Assembly: GCA_032125735.1 (NCBI GenBank)
Contig: JAQBBZ010000051.1
Coordinates: 1 to 58,690, forward strand
Source: Labilibaculum sp.
Lineage (GTDB): Bacteria > Bacteroidota > Bacteroidia > Bacteroidales > Marinifilaceae
DNA length: 58,690 bases
Direction: 5' to 3'
Both the position numbers and the translations under genes were made by a program. Under the pieces are notes generated by a model. That model did no database searches, was not told the DNA's origin, and saw nothing but the letters and a program-made list of their open reading frames with translations. Numbering within the stretch: position 1 is the stretch's first letter; each line of letters opens with the position of its first letter. This document shows, in pieces, positions 49,710 through 58,690 of the stretch.

Positions 49710-49940
49710 CTATTCCAAAAAACTACTGTAATCCTCAGGTGGTTCAACATCATTAACTCTAATGTAATTGTAGATCGTTTTGCTTTCATGTCCTGCAATA
49801 AGATTCAATTGTTGTATCGTTTCGGGCTTAGAAAGCGATTTGTGCAATTCTAATTAGATTTTAGCAATATAGGCATGTTGGAATTAATACAGCTTAAAAT
49901 CATCTTGTAAGCTTAGTGTTGTTGGTCTTATTTTGGATTT
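49710..49940 (-). pseudogene. C-terminal remnant of a tyrosine recombinase/integrase
   Basis: Manual translation KSKIRPTTLSLQDDFKLY*FQHAYIAKI*LELHKSLSKPETIQQLNLIAGHESKTIYNYIRVNDVEPPEDYSSFLE* shows decayed 'YSFRH', 'GH' and catalytic-Tyr segments with two internal stops. Confidence 0.75.
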
Positions 49941-49982
49941 TCACACGAATTTGTGTCAGTACTTCTGTCATGGCAAAAAACA

Positions 49983-50023
49983 AAAAAAAACGCAAACAAC
50001 AGGAATACTGTTATTTGCGTTTT
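49983..50023 (-). terminator. Terminator downstream of tRNA-His
   Basis: AAAACGCAAA.AACAG-GAATA-CTGTT.TTTGCGTTTT with an A-run on the left. Confidence 0.75.
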
Positions 50024-50028
50024 ATCTA

Positions 50029-50104
50029 GGGTGAAAGACCGGTTTCGAACCGGCGACCTCTGGTACCACAAACCAGCGCTCTAACCAACTGAGCTACATT
50101 CACC
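50029..50104 (-). tRNA. tRNA-His(GTG)
   Basis: GGTGAATGTAGCTCAGTTGGTTAGAGCGCTGGTTTGTGGTACCAGAGGTCGCCGGTTCGAAACCGGTCTTTCACCC folds as a cloverleaf with G-1 and anticodon GTG. CCA is not fully encoded. TATATTTG box at 50125-50132. Confidence 0.96.
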
Positions 50105-50239
50105 ATTTTTGCTCTATCGCGGTGCAAATATAGATAAATCTTTAATTATTCTGCAAGTCTTTTTCGAAAAAAATATAAAAAAATATTCTGAAAGGATTAT
50201 AAACTCTACCTTTGCAGGCAGTTAACTAATTTGAGAAAA

Positions 50240-50914
50240 ATGGATTTTTTTATAGATAGAAAGGAAACAGAGGAATTGTTTCAGGAAATATTCAAGAAAA
50301 TTCAAATTCTTCGTAATGGTGAGACTCACCATGAAATGAAAAAATTTGGATTGAACTACCCGAAAGCATTAGGCGCAACCATTGTGAATTTGCGTGAAAT
50401 TGGGAATGTATATCAGAAGGATCATCTTTTAGCACATAAATTGTGGACGAAAGGATTTCGGGAGTCGAAAATAGTGGCAACACTTCTTGAAGAACCTGAA
50501 AAAGTTACGGAAGAGCAACTGGAGCGATGGTTTGCAGAGATGGATTCGAATGAACTGCTTGAACAAGCAAGTATGAATTTGTTTCAGTATCTTCCAACTA
50601 TAAAGGGGTTAATTGCAACTTGGATGAAAAGCGATACTCTGGCAAAAAGGGTGTGTGCAGTAATGGTTGTTGGACATTTGGCTTTGAATCAAAAAGAGGA
50701 AAATGAGGAGCTGTTCCTGAATTTTATCGAATTACTTCCAAAGAATTTTGAGGATGCATACTTTTTTAATCAGGTGAAAAGAGCACTTGGGAAGATTGCA
50801 AGGAAAGGCGATATTGTTGTGACTAAGGTTGTTGCTTTGGTTTCTGAGTTGAAAAGGGAAGATGAGGACTGGAAAGAGATTTGGGATGATCTTCAATATG
50901 AACTTAACTTGTAG
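50240..50914 (+). CDS. DNA alkylation repair protein (AlkD-like HEAT repeat)
   Basis: NG.....M...GL.Y...LG, LA..LW....RE.KI.A motifs; TACCTTTG box at 50207-50214. Confidence 0.75.
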   Translation: MDFFIDRKETEELFQEIFKKIQILRNGETHHEMKKFGLNYPKALGATIVNLREIGNVYQKDHLLAHKLWTKGFRESKIVATLLEEPEKVTEEQLERWFAEMDSNELLEQASMNLFQYLPTIKGLIATWMKSDTLAKRVCAVMVVGHLALNQKEENEELFLNFIELLPKNFEDAYFFNQVKRALGKIARKGDIVVTKVVALVSELKREDEDWKEIWDDLQYELNL

Positions 50915-51044
50915 GGCCTATTTAAGATATTTTAAGCCTTGATATGGCTACTATATCTAGGAAAATAAAATTAAACAAAGTAAATTTGAGTCTTATTTCA
51001 GTTGAATAGTAAAAATAGATTTTAAAGATTAAGAGTTAAAACAT

Positions 51045-51794
51045 ATGGGATATTCAAAAAGTTCAAATCCTGTTCTAAGCGAAAAGATTTTTAGCGCTTC
51101 AAGAAGTGGATTGTATAGTGAAACAATGACGGTAAACGGAACCGTAAATAAAGTTGGTTTGTTACTGTTTTTCTTAGTCGCAGCAGCGAGTTACACTTGG
51201 GGAATGGCCAATGATTCTGCGGATTCATCAACGGTGATGCCATGGGTAATCGGCGGAGCAATTGTAGGATTAATTCTTGCCCTAGTTACTGCTTTTAAGC
51301 CAGTTTGGTCGCCATATACAGCTCCGTTTTATGCTTTAGCAGAAGGACTTATGTTGGGAGGTTTTTCGGCAATGATGAATGCTTCTTATCCAGGTATTGT
51401 AGTACAAGCAGTAGGTTTAACATTCGCAACTTTGTTTGCAATGCTTTTTGCCTATAAATCGGGATTAATTAAAGCAACCGAGAAATTTAAGTCGGGTGTT
51501 GTTGCAGCTACTGGTGGTATTTTTATATTTTACATGTTAAACTGGATTTTGGGAATGTTTGGCATTGGCTTAGATTTTGCAAATGGCTCTGGGTTGGTAA
51601 GTATTGGAATTAGCCTGTTTGTGGTTGTTATTGCAGCGCTTAATTTAGTTTTAGATTTCGATTTTATTGAAAAGGGTGCCGAATCCGGCGCTCCAAAATA
51701 CATGGAGTGGTATGGTGCATTTGGGCTTATAGTAACATTGGTTTGGTTGTATATTGAGTTGTTAAGATTGCTCTCGAAACTTGCCAAACGTTAA
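51045..51794 (+). CDS. Bax inhibitor-1/YccA family membrane protein
   Basis: SSNPVL, MTVNGTVNK, LVLDFD and EWYGAFGL.VTLVWLY.E.LRLL motifs. Confidence 0.9.
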   Translation: MGYSKSSNPVLSEKIFSASRSGLYSETMTVNGTVNKVGLLLFFLVAAASYTWGMANDSADSSTVMPWVIGGAIVGLILALVTAFKPVWSPYTAPFYALAEGLMLGGFSAMMNASYPGIVVQAVGLTFATLFAMLFAYKSGLIKATEKFKSGVVAATGGIFIFYMLNWILGMFGIGLDFANGSGLVSIGISLFVVVIAALNLVLDFDFIEKGAESGAPKYMEWYGAFGLIVTLVWLYIELLRLLSKLAKR

Positions 51795-51842
51795 ATTTAC
51801 AATGAAACACCAATATTACAGAACTTAAATAAAACGAATCGA

Positions 51843-53057
51843 GTGAGGATAGTTGAAGTTTTAGATCAGAAACATCGTAAAGATTTTTTAGATATTGTCA
51901 GAGTCATTTATAAAAATGACTCCAATTATGCTTGCCCATTAGATGCTGAGATTGAAGGGATCTTTGATCCGAAGGAAAATTCTTTCTTTAAACATGGAGA
52001 GGCGAGTCGTTGGATTTTATTGAATGATGAAGGAAAAGTAATTGGAAGGATTGCTGCGTTTATCAATACCAATAAAGCTTACTCTTTTGATCAGCCGACA
52101 GGTGGATGTGGCTTTTTTGAATGTGTAAATGACAAAAAGGCGGCATTTATTTTGTTTGATACGGCCAAGCAGTGGTTGACAACTCGTGGCATGGAAGCCA
52201 TGGATGGTCCTGTGAATTTTGGTGAAAATGATAATCATTGGGGACTTTTGGTGGATGGTTTTATGCCACAGGGATATGGAATGCCCTATCATCAGAAATA
52301 TTATAAAGAGTTTTTTGAGGAGTATGGCTTTAAAGTGTTCTTTGAGCAGTACAGCTATCACCTCGACAGAACGATACCTTTTCCCGAGAGATTTTGGAAG
52401 ATTGCTGAATGGGTAGCCAAAAAACCAGGATTTACTTTTGAGCATTTTACGTATGAAAAATCTGAAAAATACATTCAGGATTTAATTAGCATATACAATG
52501 AGGCATGGCAATTTCATGATAACTTCTCGCCAATTGATCCTGAAGATATTCGTAAGATGGCTCGTGATGGAAAAGGAGTTATCGACGTAGAATTTATTTG
52601 GTTTGCTTATCACGAAGGAAATCCAATCGCATTTTTTGTGATGATGCCGGATGTCAATCAGATATTAATAAAAATGGATGGTAAATTTAATTTCTGGAAC
52701 AAACTGAAATTTTTATACCATTTAAAAAAGAAAACAATTACACGTGCCCGAATTACAATTATGGGTGTGGTTCCTAAATATCAGCGCTTTGGTGTCGAGT
52801 CGGCTATTTTTTGGCACATGGAAAAGGTGTTAGAGCATAAAACTCATTATAAGGAAGTTGAACTTTCGTGGGTAGGAGACTTTAACCCGAAGATGATTGC
52901 TATTTACGAGTCGGTTGGAGGAGTTAAAATGAAGACGCATTATACGTATCGTTTGCTTTTTGACCCCACAAAACCTTTTAAACGGACACCTATTATCCCT
53001 CTGGAAAACAGAGGAAGTAAGGTAAATGAGAAAAAAGTAAGGGCCGTTGAAGAATAA
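51843..53057 (+). CDS. GNAT-family N-acetyltransferase (YghO-like)
   Basis: GRIAAF, GFFEC, GPVNF, GVVPKYQRFG and ELSWV motifs. Confidence 0.75.
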   Translation: MRIVEVLDQKHRKDFLDIVRVIYKNDSNYACPLDAEIEGIFDPKENSFFKHGEASRWILLNDEGKVIGRIAAFINTNKAYSFDQPTGGCGFFECVNDKKAAFILFDTAKQWLTTRGMEAMDGPVNFGENDNHWGLLVDGFMPQGYGMPYHQKYYKEFFEEYGFKVFFEQYSYHLDRTIPFPERFWKIAEWVAKKPGFTFEHFTYEKSEKYIQDLISIYNEAWQFHDNFSPIDPEDIRKMARDGKGVIDVEFIWFAYHEGNPIAFFVMMPDVNQILIKMDGKFNFWNKLKFLYHLKKKTITRARITIMGVVPKYQRFGVESAIFWHMEKVLEHKTHYKEVELSWVGDFNPKMIAIYESVGGVKMKTHYTYRLLFDPTKPFKRTPIIPLENRGSKVNEKKVRAVEE

Positions 53058-53143
53058 TTTATTTAATTCTTTGCAAAACGAAGAACAATATTTACCTTTG
53101 CAGCCTATTGGAAGTAGATTATAAGAAACTAAAGGATATTAAA

Positions 53144-53407
53144 ATGAAACAAGGAATACATCCGGAAAATCACCGTCTTGTAGCTTTTAAAGACATGTCG
53201 AATGATACTGTTTTTATTGGTAAGTCAACTGCAAGAACTAAAGAAACTATTGAGTTCGAAGGTATTGAGTACCCAGTTATTAAGCTTGAGATCTCTAATT
53301 CATCTCACCCTTTCTATACAGGAAAGTTGACATTAATAGATACTGCTGGTCGTGTTGATAAGTTCATGAATCGTTACAAGAAACACATGGACGGTAACAA
53401 GAAGTAA
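53144..53407 (+). CDS. rpmE2: 50S ribosomal protein L31 type B
   Basis: MKQGIHP...SHPFYTGK...GRVDKF with no Cys; TACCTTTG box at 53093-53100. Confidence 0.95.
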   Translation: MKQGIHPENHRLVAFKDMSNDTVFIGKSTARTKETIEFEGIEYPVIKLEISNSSHPFYTGKLTLIDTAGRVDKFMNRYKKHMDGNKK

Positions 53408-53431
53408 GATTAAAAAATCTATCATACTAAG

Positions 53432-53462
53432 AAAAAGCCTCGATTATTCGAGGCTTTTTTTT
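53432..53462 (+). terminator. Terminator after L31
   Basis: AAAAAGCCTCGA-TTAT-TCGAGGCTTTTTTT. Confidence 0.85.
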
Positions 53463-53508
53463 ATTTTTGATCGTACATAAAATCCTATGGATTTAAATCA
53501 CTACTACA

Positions 53509-54699
53509 ATGAATTATATTCTTTTCGATGATGGGGCCTGGAATGATCTGCGTCCTCTCACATTTACTCGTCCTGTTTCAGAGATTCGAGTTGGTATTTT
53601 AACGATTCGTGAAAAATGGGAAAAGTATTTAGCCACAAGCTTTAGTTATTCTACACAGGATTATTTATCCGTAAAATATCCGAAGTTGATTCAGGATCGA
53701 AATATGCTGATTAATGGTTCGGTTCTTCCTACCGAGGAGTTGAAAGATGCAATTATAAATTTAAAGCAAGGAGAGTATCTTTCAAATGAGAGTATTGTTT
53801 TAGCGGCTAATTTTCTTGCTGCCGATGTTGATTTGGTGAACAAAGAAGAAATTGTTGGAAAAGTAAAGATTGAGTTTGATGGGAATGTTGATCGAATTGC
53901 AATGCCATACGATATATTTGGGAGTAATGATAAGGCATTACGTGCCGATTTTGAATTGCTAACCAAAGGAAGAAAATCGCAGGCAATTAGTGAGACGGTA
54001 AATGTTATTGGTCATGAAAATATATTCCTTGAAGAGGGAGCAAAAGTAGAATTTGCAACACTGAATGCTGCCGATGGCCCAATTTATATTGGAAAGGATG
54101 CAGTTATTATGGAAGGATGTCTTGTTCGCGGTCCATTGGCCATGTGCGAGCATGCTGAGTTAAAAATGGGCGCCAAGGTTTATGGTGCGACTACATTAGG
54201 ACCATTTTGCAAATGTGGTGGAGAATTGAATAATGTTGTTTTGTTTGGTTATTCAAGTAAGGCGCATGATGGGTTTTTAGGAAATGCTGTTTTGGGTGAA
54301 TGGTGTAATATTGGCGCAGATACGAATAATTCCAATCTGAAAAATAATTATTCGGAAGTGAAGTTGTGGAATTACTCAAGCGGAAGCTTCGAAAAAACAG
54401 GCTTGCAGTTTTGTGGTACTATTATGGGAGATCACTCTAAATGTGGAATTAATACCATGTTGAATACAGGAACTGTTATTGGTGTTAGTTCAAACGTGTT
54501 TGGCGCTGGATTTCCTCGTAATTTTATTCCATCGTTTGCTATGGGAGGAAACCATGGTTTTAAAGAATACCGCTTAAATGCCACTTTCGAAGTAGCTAGT
54601 TTGGTAATGCAACGAAGAGGTTTGGAATTTGACGAAGTGGAGAAAAATATCTTAACAAGTATCTTCGAAATGACGAAAGAGTATCGAAAGTCATTTTAA
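53509..54699 (+). CDS. GlmU-like putative sugar nucleotidyl/acyltransferase (hexapeptide repeats)
   Basis: LRPLTFTRPV..R.GILTI.EKW N-terminus, left-handed beta-helix repeats and KAHDGFLG. Confidence 0.85.
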   Translation: MNYILFDDGAWNDLRPLTFTRPVSEIRVGILTIREKWEKYLATSFSYSTQDYLSVKYPKLIQDRNMLINGSVLPTEELKDAIINLKQGEYLSNESIVLAANFLAADVDLVNKEEIVGKVKIEFDGNVDRIAMPYDIFGSNDKALRADFELLTKGRKSQAISETVNVIGHENIFLEEGAKVEFATLNAADGPIYIGKDAVIMEGCLVRGPLAMCEHAELKMGAKVYGATTLGPFCKCGGELNNVVLFGYSSKAHDGFLGNAVLGEWCNIGADTNNSNLKNNYSEVKLWNYSSGSFEKTGLQFCGTIMGDHSKCGINTMLNTGTVIGVSSNVFGAGFPRNFIPSFAMGGNHGFKEYRLNATFEVASLVMQRRGLEFDEVEKNILTSIFEMTKEYRKSF

Positions 54700-54853
54700 A
54701 ATAAAACTTATTATATGGAGATGAATTCTTTCTGTTAAATGATAGAGTTGATTTTTTTTTGGCATAGCTATTGCCAAGTAAGAAGTAACCAATTTATTTT
54801 GGTGAGGACGGACATTTTGTCATTTAAAATATGATAAAAGATGTTTTCCTTTA

Positions 54854-57337
54854 GTGAATAATGAGAACATGATAACCGAAAGTATGAGTAGAAAGATTGA
54901 AATCAATATAAGTGATATGGCCTTGACGAATATGATGGATGAAGATTCAGATTTTATTCCAATTATAACTGATGAGGACGAAAATGCGCTGGATGAACTT
55001 GTAGTTCCTGACAATTTGCCAATTTTACCTCTTCGAAACACAGTGCTTTTTCCTGGAGTAGTGATTCCTATTTCGGTTGGAAGAGAAAAATCGTTGAAAT
55101 TAGTTCGGGAAGTATATAGTAACAAGGGACTGCTTGGTGCTGTGACTCAAATTGATTTGAGTGTTGAAGATCCACACTTTGATGATGTATATAAGATTGG
55201 AACTGTTGCACAAATTATTAAGATTCTTGAAATGCCTGATGGTTCTACCACGGTTATTTTACAGGGTAAGAAGAGATTTGAGTTGGAGGAAATGATTTCA
55301 GAGAAACCATATCACATTGCGAAGGTTAAAACTTTGAAAGATATTCGCCCAGAGGAAGAAGACAATGAGTTTAAGGCTCTTATTTCTTCCGTGAAGGATA
55401 TGGCAGTTAAAGTGATTAAATTGTCTCCACACATTCCTAATGAGGCTAGTTTTGCCATCAAGAATATTGAAGGGTCTTCGTTTTTGATCAACTTTATTTC
55501 TAGTAATGCTGAGATCAAACACAATCAAAAGCAAAAATTGCTGGAAATTGATGAAATTGCTGGTAGAGCAATGAAACTTTTGGAATTATTGGTCCGGGAA
55601 ATTCAAGTTCTGGAGTTAAAGGATGATATCCAGACGAAGGTGAAAACCGATATGGATCAGCAACAAAGAGAATATTTGCTGCACCAACAAATGAAAACGA
55701 TTCAGGATGAATTGGGCGGTGGTCCAGGCGATCAGGATGTAGAGGAGTTGGAGGAGAGAGCACTAAGTAAAAAATGGACAGAGGAGGTTGCTGCAGTTTT
55801 TGATAAAGAATTGAATAAACTTCAACGCCTAAATCCTGCATCAGCAGAATATTCGGTTCAATTAAACTATTTAGAGGAGCTGCTTGATTTACCTTGGAGC
55901 GAATGCACCGTGGATAATTTTGATTTGAAACGAGCACAAAAAATACTGGATCAGGATCACTTTGGTTTAGAAATAGTAAAGGATAGAATCATTGAGCATT
56001 TGGCTGTATTAAAACTGAAAGGGGATTTGAAATCTCCAATTCTATGTTTATACGGACCTCCGGGAGTTGGTAAAACATCTTTAGGAAAATCAATTGCGAG
56101 AGCTCTGGATAGAAAATATGCCAGAATGTCTTTAGGAGGTTTGCACGATGAGGCAGAAATTCGTGGTCACAGAAAGACGTATATAGGCGCAATGCCAGGA
56201 AGAATTATTCAGGGAATGAAAAAAGCGGGTTCATCAAATCCTGTTTTTATTTTGGATGAGATTGATAAAGTAAGTAATGATTTTAGAGGAGATCCATCTT
56301 CGGCTTTGCTTGAAGTTCTTGATCCTGAGCAGAATGGTGCTTTTCACGATAATTTTTTGGATATAGATTACGATTTATCGAATGTGATGTTTATTGCAAC
56401 GGCTAATAATGTTGGCGCAATTTCGGCTCCGCTTCGCGATCGTATGGAAATGATTGACGTGAGTGGTTATATTCAGGAGGAGAAAGTTCAGATTGCCAAG
56501 AGCCATTTGATTCCAAAGCAAATGGAAAATCATGGAATTACGGCTAAGAATATTAAATTATCGAAGGAAGTAATTGCTGAAATAATCGATAAATATACTC
56601 GTGAGTCGGGTGTGAGAGCATTGGATCAGCGAATTGCTAAACTGATGAGACGTATTGCGCGTAAGGTGGCAATGGAAGAGGAGTTCGATATTAATGTAAA
56701 GATTGAGGATTTAAAAGAGCCTTTGGGCGCACCAATCTTTAGCAGAGATAAATATCAGGGGAATGAATTTGCTGGTGTGGTTACTGGTTTGGCCTGGACT
56801 TCGGTTGGAGGTGAAATTTTATACATAGAATCGAGTTTATCTGCTGGAAAAGGGAAGTTGACTCTTACAGGAAACTTGGGCGATGTGATGAAAGAATCAG
56901 CACTACTGGCACAGGAATATTTGAGAGCACACTGTGGAGCATTGGAAATTAAAAAGGAATCTTTTGAGGAATGGAATCTCCATGTACATGTTCCTGAAGG
57001 AGCAATTCCAAAAGATGGACCTTCGGCTGGTGTGACCATGGTAACTGCTATGGCTTCAATTTTTACTCAGCGTAAAGTGAAGAAGCATTTAGCCATGACT
57101 GGTGAAATTACACTTCGGGGAAAAGTTTTGCCGGTTGGGGGTATTAAGGAAAAGATTCTTGCTGCCAAAAGAGCTGGAATTAAAGAGATTATTCTTTGTA
57201 GGGAAAATCAAAAAGACATCGAAGAGATTAAGGATATTTATTTGAAAGGATTAAAATTCCACTTTGTAGATGAAATTATGGAGGTTTTGGATATTGCCTT
57301 AATGAAACAAAAGGTAGACAATCCAATAAAAATATAA
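54854..57337 (+). CDS. lon: ATP-dependent protease La (start uncertain)
   Basis: [25 protein letters not shown], catalytic PKDGPSAG and GGIKEK. Confidence 0.97.
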   Translation: MNNENMITESMSRKIEINISDMALTNMMDEDSDFIPIITDEDENALDELVVPDNLPILPLRNTVLFPGVVIPISVGREKSLKLVREVYSNKGLLGAVTQIDLSVEDPHFDDVYKIGTVAQIIKILEMPDGSTTVILQGKKRFELEEMISEKPYHIAKVKTLKDIRPEEEDNEFKALISSVKDMAVKVIKLSPHIPNEASFAIKNIEGSSFLINFISSNAEIKHNQKQKLLEIDEIAGRAMKLLELLVREIQVLELKDDIQTKVKTDMDQQQREYLLHQQMKTIQDELGGGPGDQDVEELEERALSKKWTEEVAAVFDKELNKLQRLNPASAEYSVQLNYLEELLDLPWSECTVDNFDLKRAQKILDQDHFGLEIVKDRIIEHLAVLKLKGDLKSPILCLYGPPGVGKTSLGKSIARALDRKYARMSLGGLHDEAEIRGHRKTYIGAMPGRIIQGMKKAGSSNPVFILDEIDKVSNDFRGDPSSALLEVLDPEQNGAFHDNFLDIDYDLSNVMFIATANNVGAISAPLRDRMEMIDVSGYIQEEKVQIAKSHLIPKQMENHGITAKNIKLSKEVIAEIIDKYTRESGVRALDQRIAKLMRRIARKVAMEEEFDINVKIEDLKEPLGAPIFSRDKYQGNEFAGVVTGLAWTSVGGEILYIESSLSAGKGKLTLTGNLGDVMKESALLAQEYLRAHCGALEIKKESFEEWNLHVHVPEGAIPKDGPSAGVTMVTAMASIFTQRKVKKHLAMTGEITLRGKVLPVGGIKEKILAAKRAGIKEIILCRENQKDIEEIKDIYLKGLKFHFVDEIMEVLDIALMKQKVDNPIKI

Positions 57338-57353
57338 TTAGTACAAAATTATG

Positions 57354-57382
57354 AAAAGACTTTCGAAAGAAAGTCTTTTTTT
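57354..57382 (+). terminator. Terminator after lon
   Basis: AAAAGACTTTC-GAAA-GAAAGTCTTTTTTT. Confidence 0.85.
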
Positions 57383-57520
57383 ATTTCTGGATATTTGATA
57401 CCATAAAAATTCTTACTTTTAAGCTGTAATACCAATGGATATTATATTTAAAAAGCGAATATACATTGGTTATTTTAATCTCTATTTCGATACACAACCG
57501 ACAACAATTATCGTCTACCT

Positions 57521-58621
57521 ATGAATGAAAAAGGAAAATATTTTATTGTAGCTCTCGGATTAATTATATTGGGCTTATTGTTCTGGTATTTCAGTAATAT
57601 CGTAGCTTACGTTTTAATTTCGGTTGTTCTTTCTTTTATTGGACGTCCGATTGTTGATTTTTTAAACGGATTGAAAATTAGGAAATTGAGAGTTCCTTCA
57701 GCTCTTTCGGCCGGTATAACTCTTGTTTTATTGTGGTTTGTTATGGTCATGTTTTTTCGAACATTCATACCAATGATAGCATCGCAGGCACAAGATTTAT
57801 CCAATATAGATGTGGATGCTGCGGTACAAAGTCTTGAAGAACCAATACAAAAAATAGAAGCTTTTGTTGTTAAATATTCGGCCAATGGCGAAACTTTTAA
57901 CCTCAAAGCAGTTATAGCTAAAAATATTTCTTCTGTTGTAAAAGTGTCTGATGTCTCTGATATTTTTGGCTCACTCATTGGTACATTAGGAAATGCTTTT
58001 ATCGCTTTATTTTCTATTTCATTTATCACTTTCTTCTTTTTGAAAGACAGCAGTTTGTTTACCGAGGGAGTTGTGGTTATGGTTCCAGCTAGCAATGAAG
58101 ATGGGGTTCGTCATGTATTGGATTCCATAAAAAATCTGCTAATGCGATATTTTGTTGGATTATTTTTCGAAGTGATACTGGTTGGCTTTATGGTGACAAT
58201 CGGCTTAACCATTGTTGGCTTACCATTTGGTACCGCCGTTGTTATTGGTTTATTTGCCGGAATAATGAATGTAATCCCTTATATTGGGCCAATTATAGGA
58301 GCTTGTTTTGGAATGATTATTGGCATTGCAACCAATTTAAATGTTGATTTTTACACCGAAATTATTCCTCTTCTAGGATATATGGCAATTGTATTTGGGA
58401 CAGTTCAAATCATCGATAATATTTTGTTTCAACCACTAATTTATTCCAACAGCGTAAATGCGCATCCGCTTGAAATCTTTATTGTGATTATTATGGCTGG
58501 AAGTATGGCGGGAATTATAGGTATGATGCTGGCAATTCCAGCTTACACTATTTTGCGTGTTATCGCCAAAGAATTCTTCAACAAATACAGGTTTGTTAAG
58601 AAGCTGACTGAGAAGATATAA
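57521..58621 (+). CDS. AI-2E family transporter
   Basis: Multi-TM with IPYIGP, Q.IDN...QP and HPL..F....AG...G..GM..AIP motifs. Confidence 0.9.
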   Translation: MNEKGKYFIVALGLIILGLLFWYFSNIVAYVLISVVLSFIGRPIVDFLNGLKIRKLRVPSALSAGITLVLLWFVMVMFFRTFIPMIASQAQDLSNIDVDAAVQSLEEPIQKIEAFVVKYSANGETFNLKAVIAKNISSVVKVSDVSDIFGSLIGTLGNAFIALFSISFITFFFLKDSSLFTEGVVVMVPASNEDGVRHVLDSIKNLLMRYFVGLFFEVILVGFMVTIGLTIVGLPFGTAVVIGLFAGIMNVIPYIGPIIGACFGMIIGIATNLNVDFYTEIIPLLGYMAIVFGTVQIIDNILFQPLIYSNSVNAHPLEIFIVIIMAGSMAGIIGMMLAIPAYTILRVIAKEFFNKYRFVKKLTEKI

Positions 58622-58690
58622 GTTAATTGTAAATGAGTAATTATAAATTAAGAATGAGATATTACCATATTTTTTTTAAGAATATTCTTC

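Noticed and set aside
4114-58095. Numerous short ORFs overlapping well-identified genes (e.g. 5327, 13314, 26805, 52017, 55515, 57607)
   Set aside because: They are antisense or alternate-frame shadows with no recognisable motifs.

Overview
This is an AT-rich chromosomal segment of a Bacteroidota genome. It shows TAnnTTTG promoters, a T9SS PorQ, a GldAFG-like ABC system and a cold-adaptation gene; a marine Marinifilaceae-like organism is my inference. About 90% is housekeeping: pgi, gpsA, lysS, lipAB, recJ, nucleobase permeases, purE, hpt-adk-obgE, parE-parC, aroK, mltD-parBA, priA, cmk, porQ, rpmE2 and lon. Five features stand out. (1) A ~386 bp MITE-like element (terminal inverted repeats plus a TAA target duplication) at 39.3-39.6 kb carries a non-coding array of about ten 20/21-nt units with a palindromic AAAGCTTT core. 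(2) A degenerate 21-nt-phased non-coding leader precedes an uncharacterised helical protein at 0.6-1.6 kb. (3) A decayed islet at the 3' end of tRNA-His holds a DUF3494 ice-binding lipoprotein, an orphan PAS histidine kinase bracketed by two tRNA-Ser-3'-end/terminator scars, and an unannotated tyrosine-integrase remnant. (4) IspH and PfkA are fused in frame. (5) Inverted DnaA-box-like pairs lie upstream of parA and parE. No database searches were run, so family names come from motif recognition.
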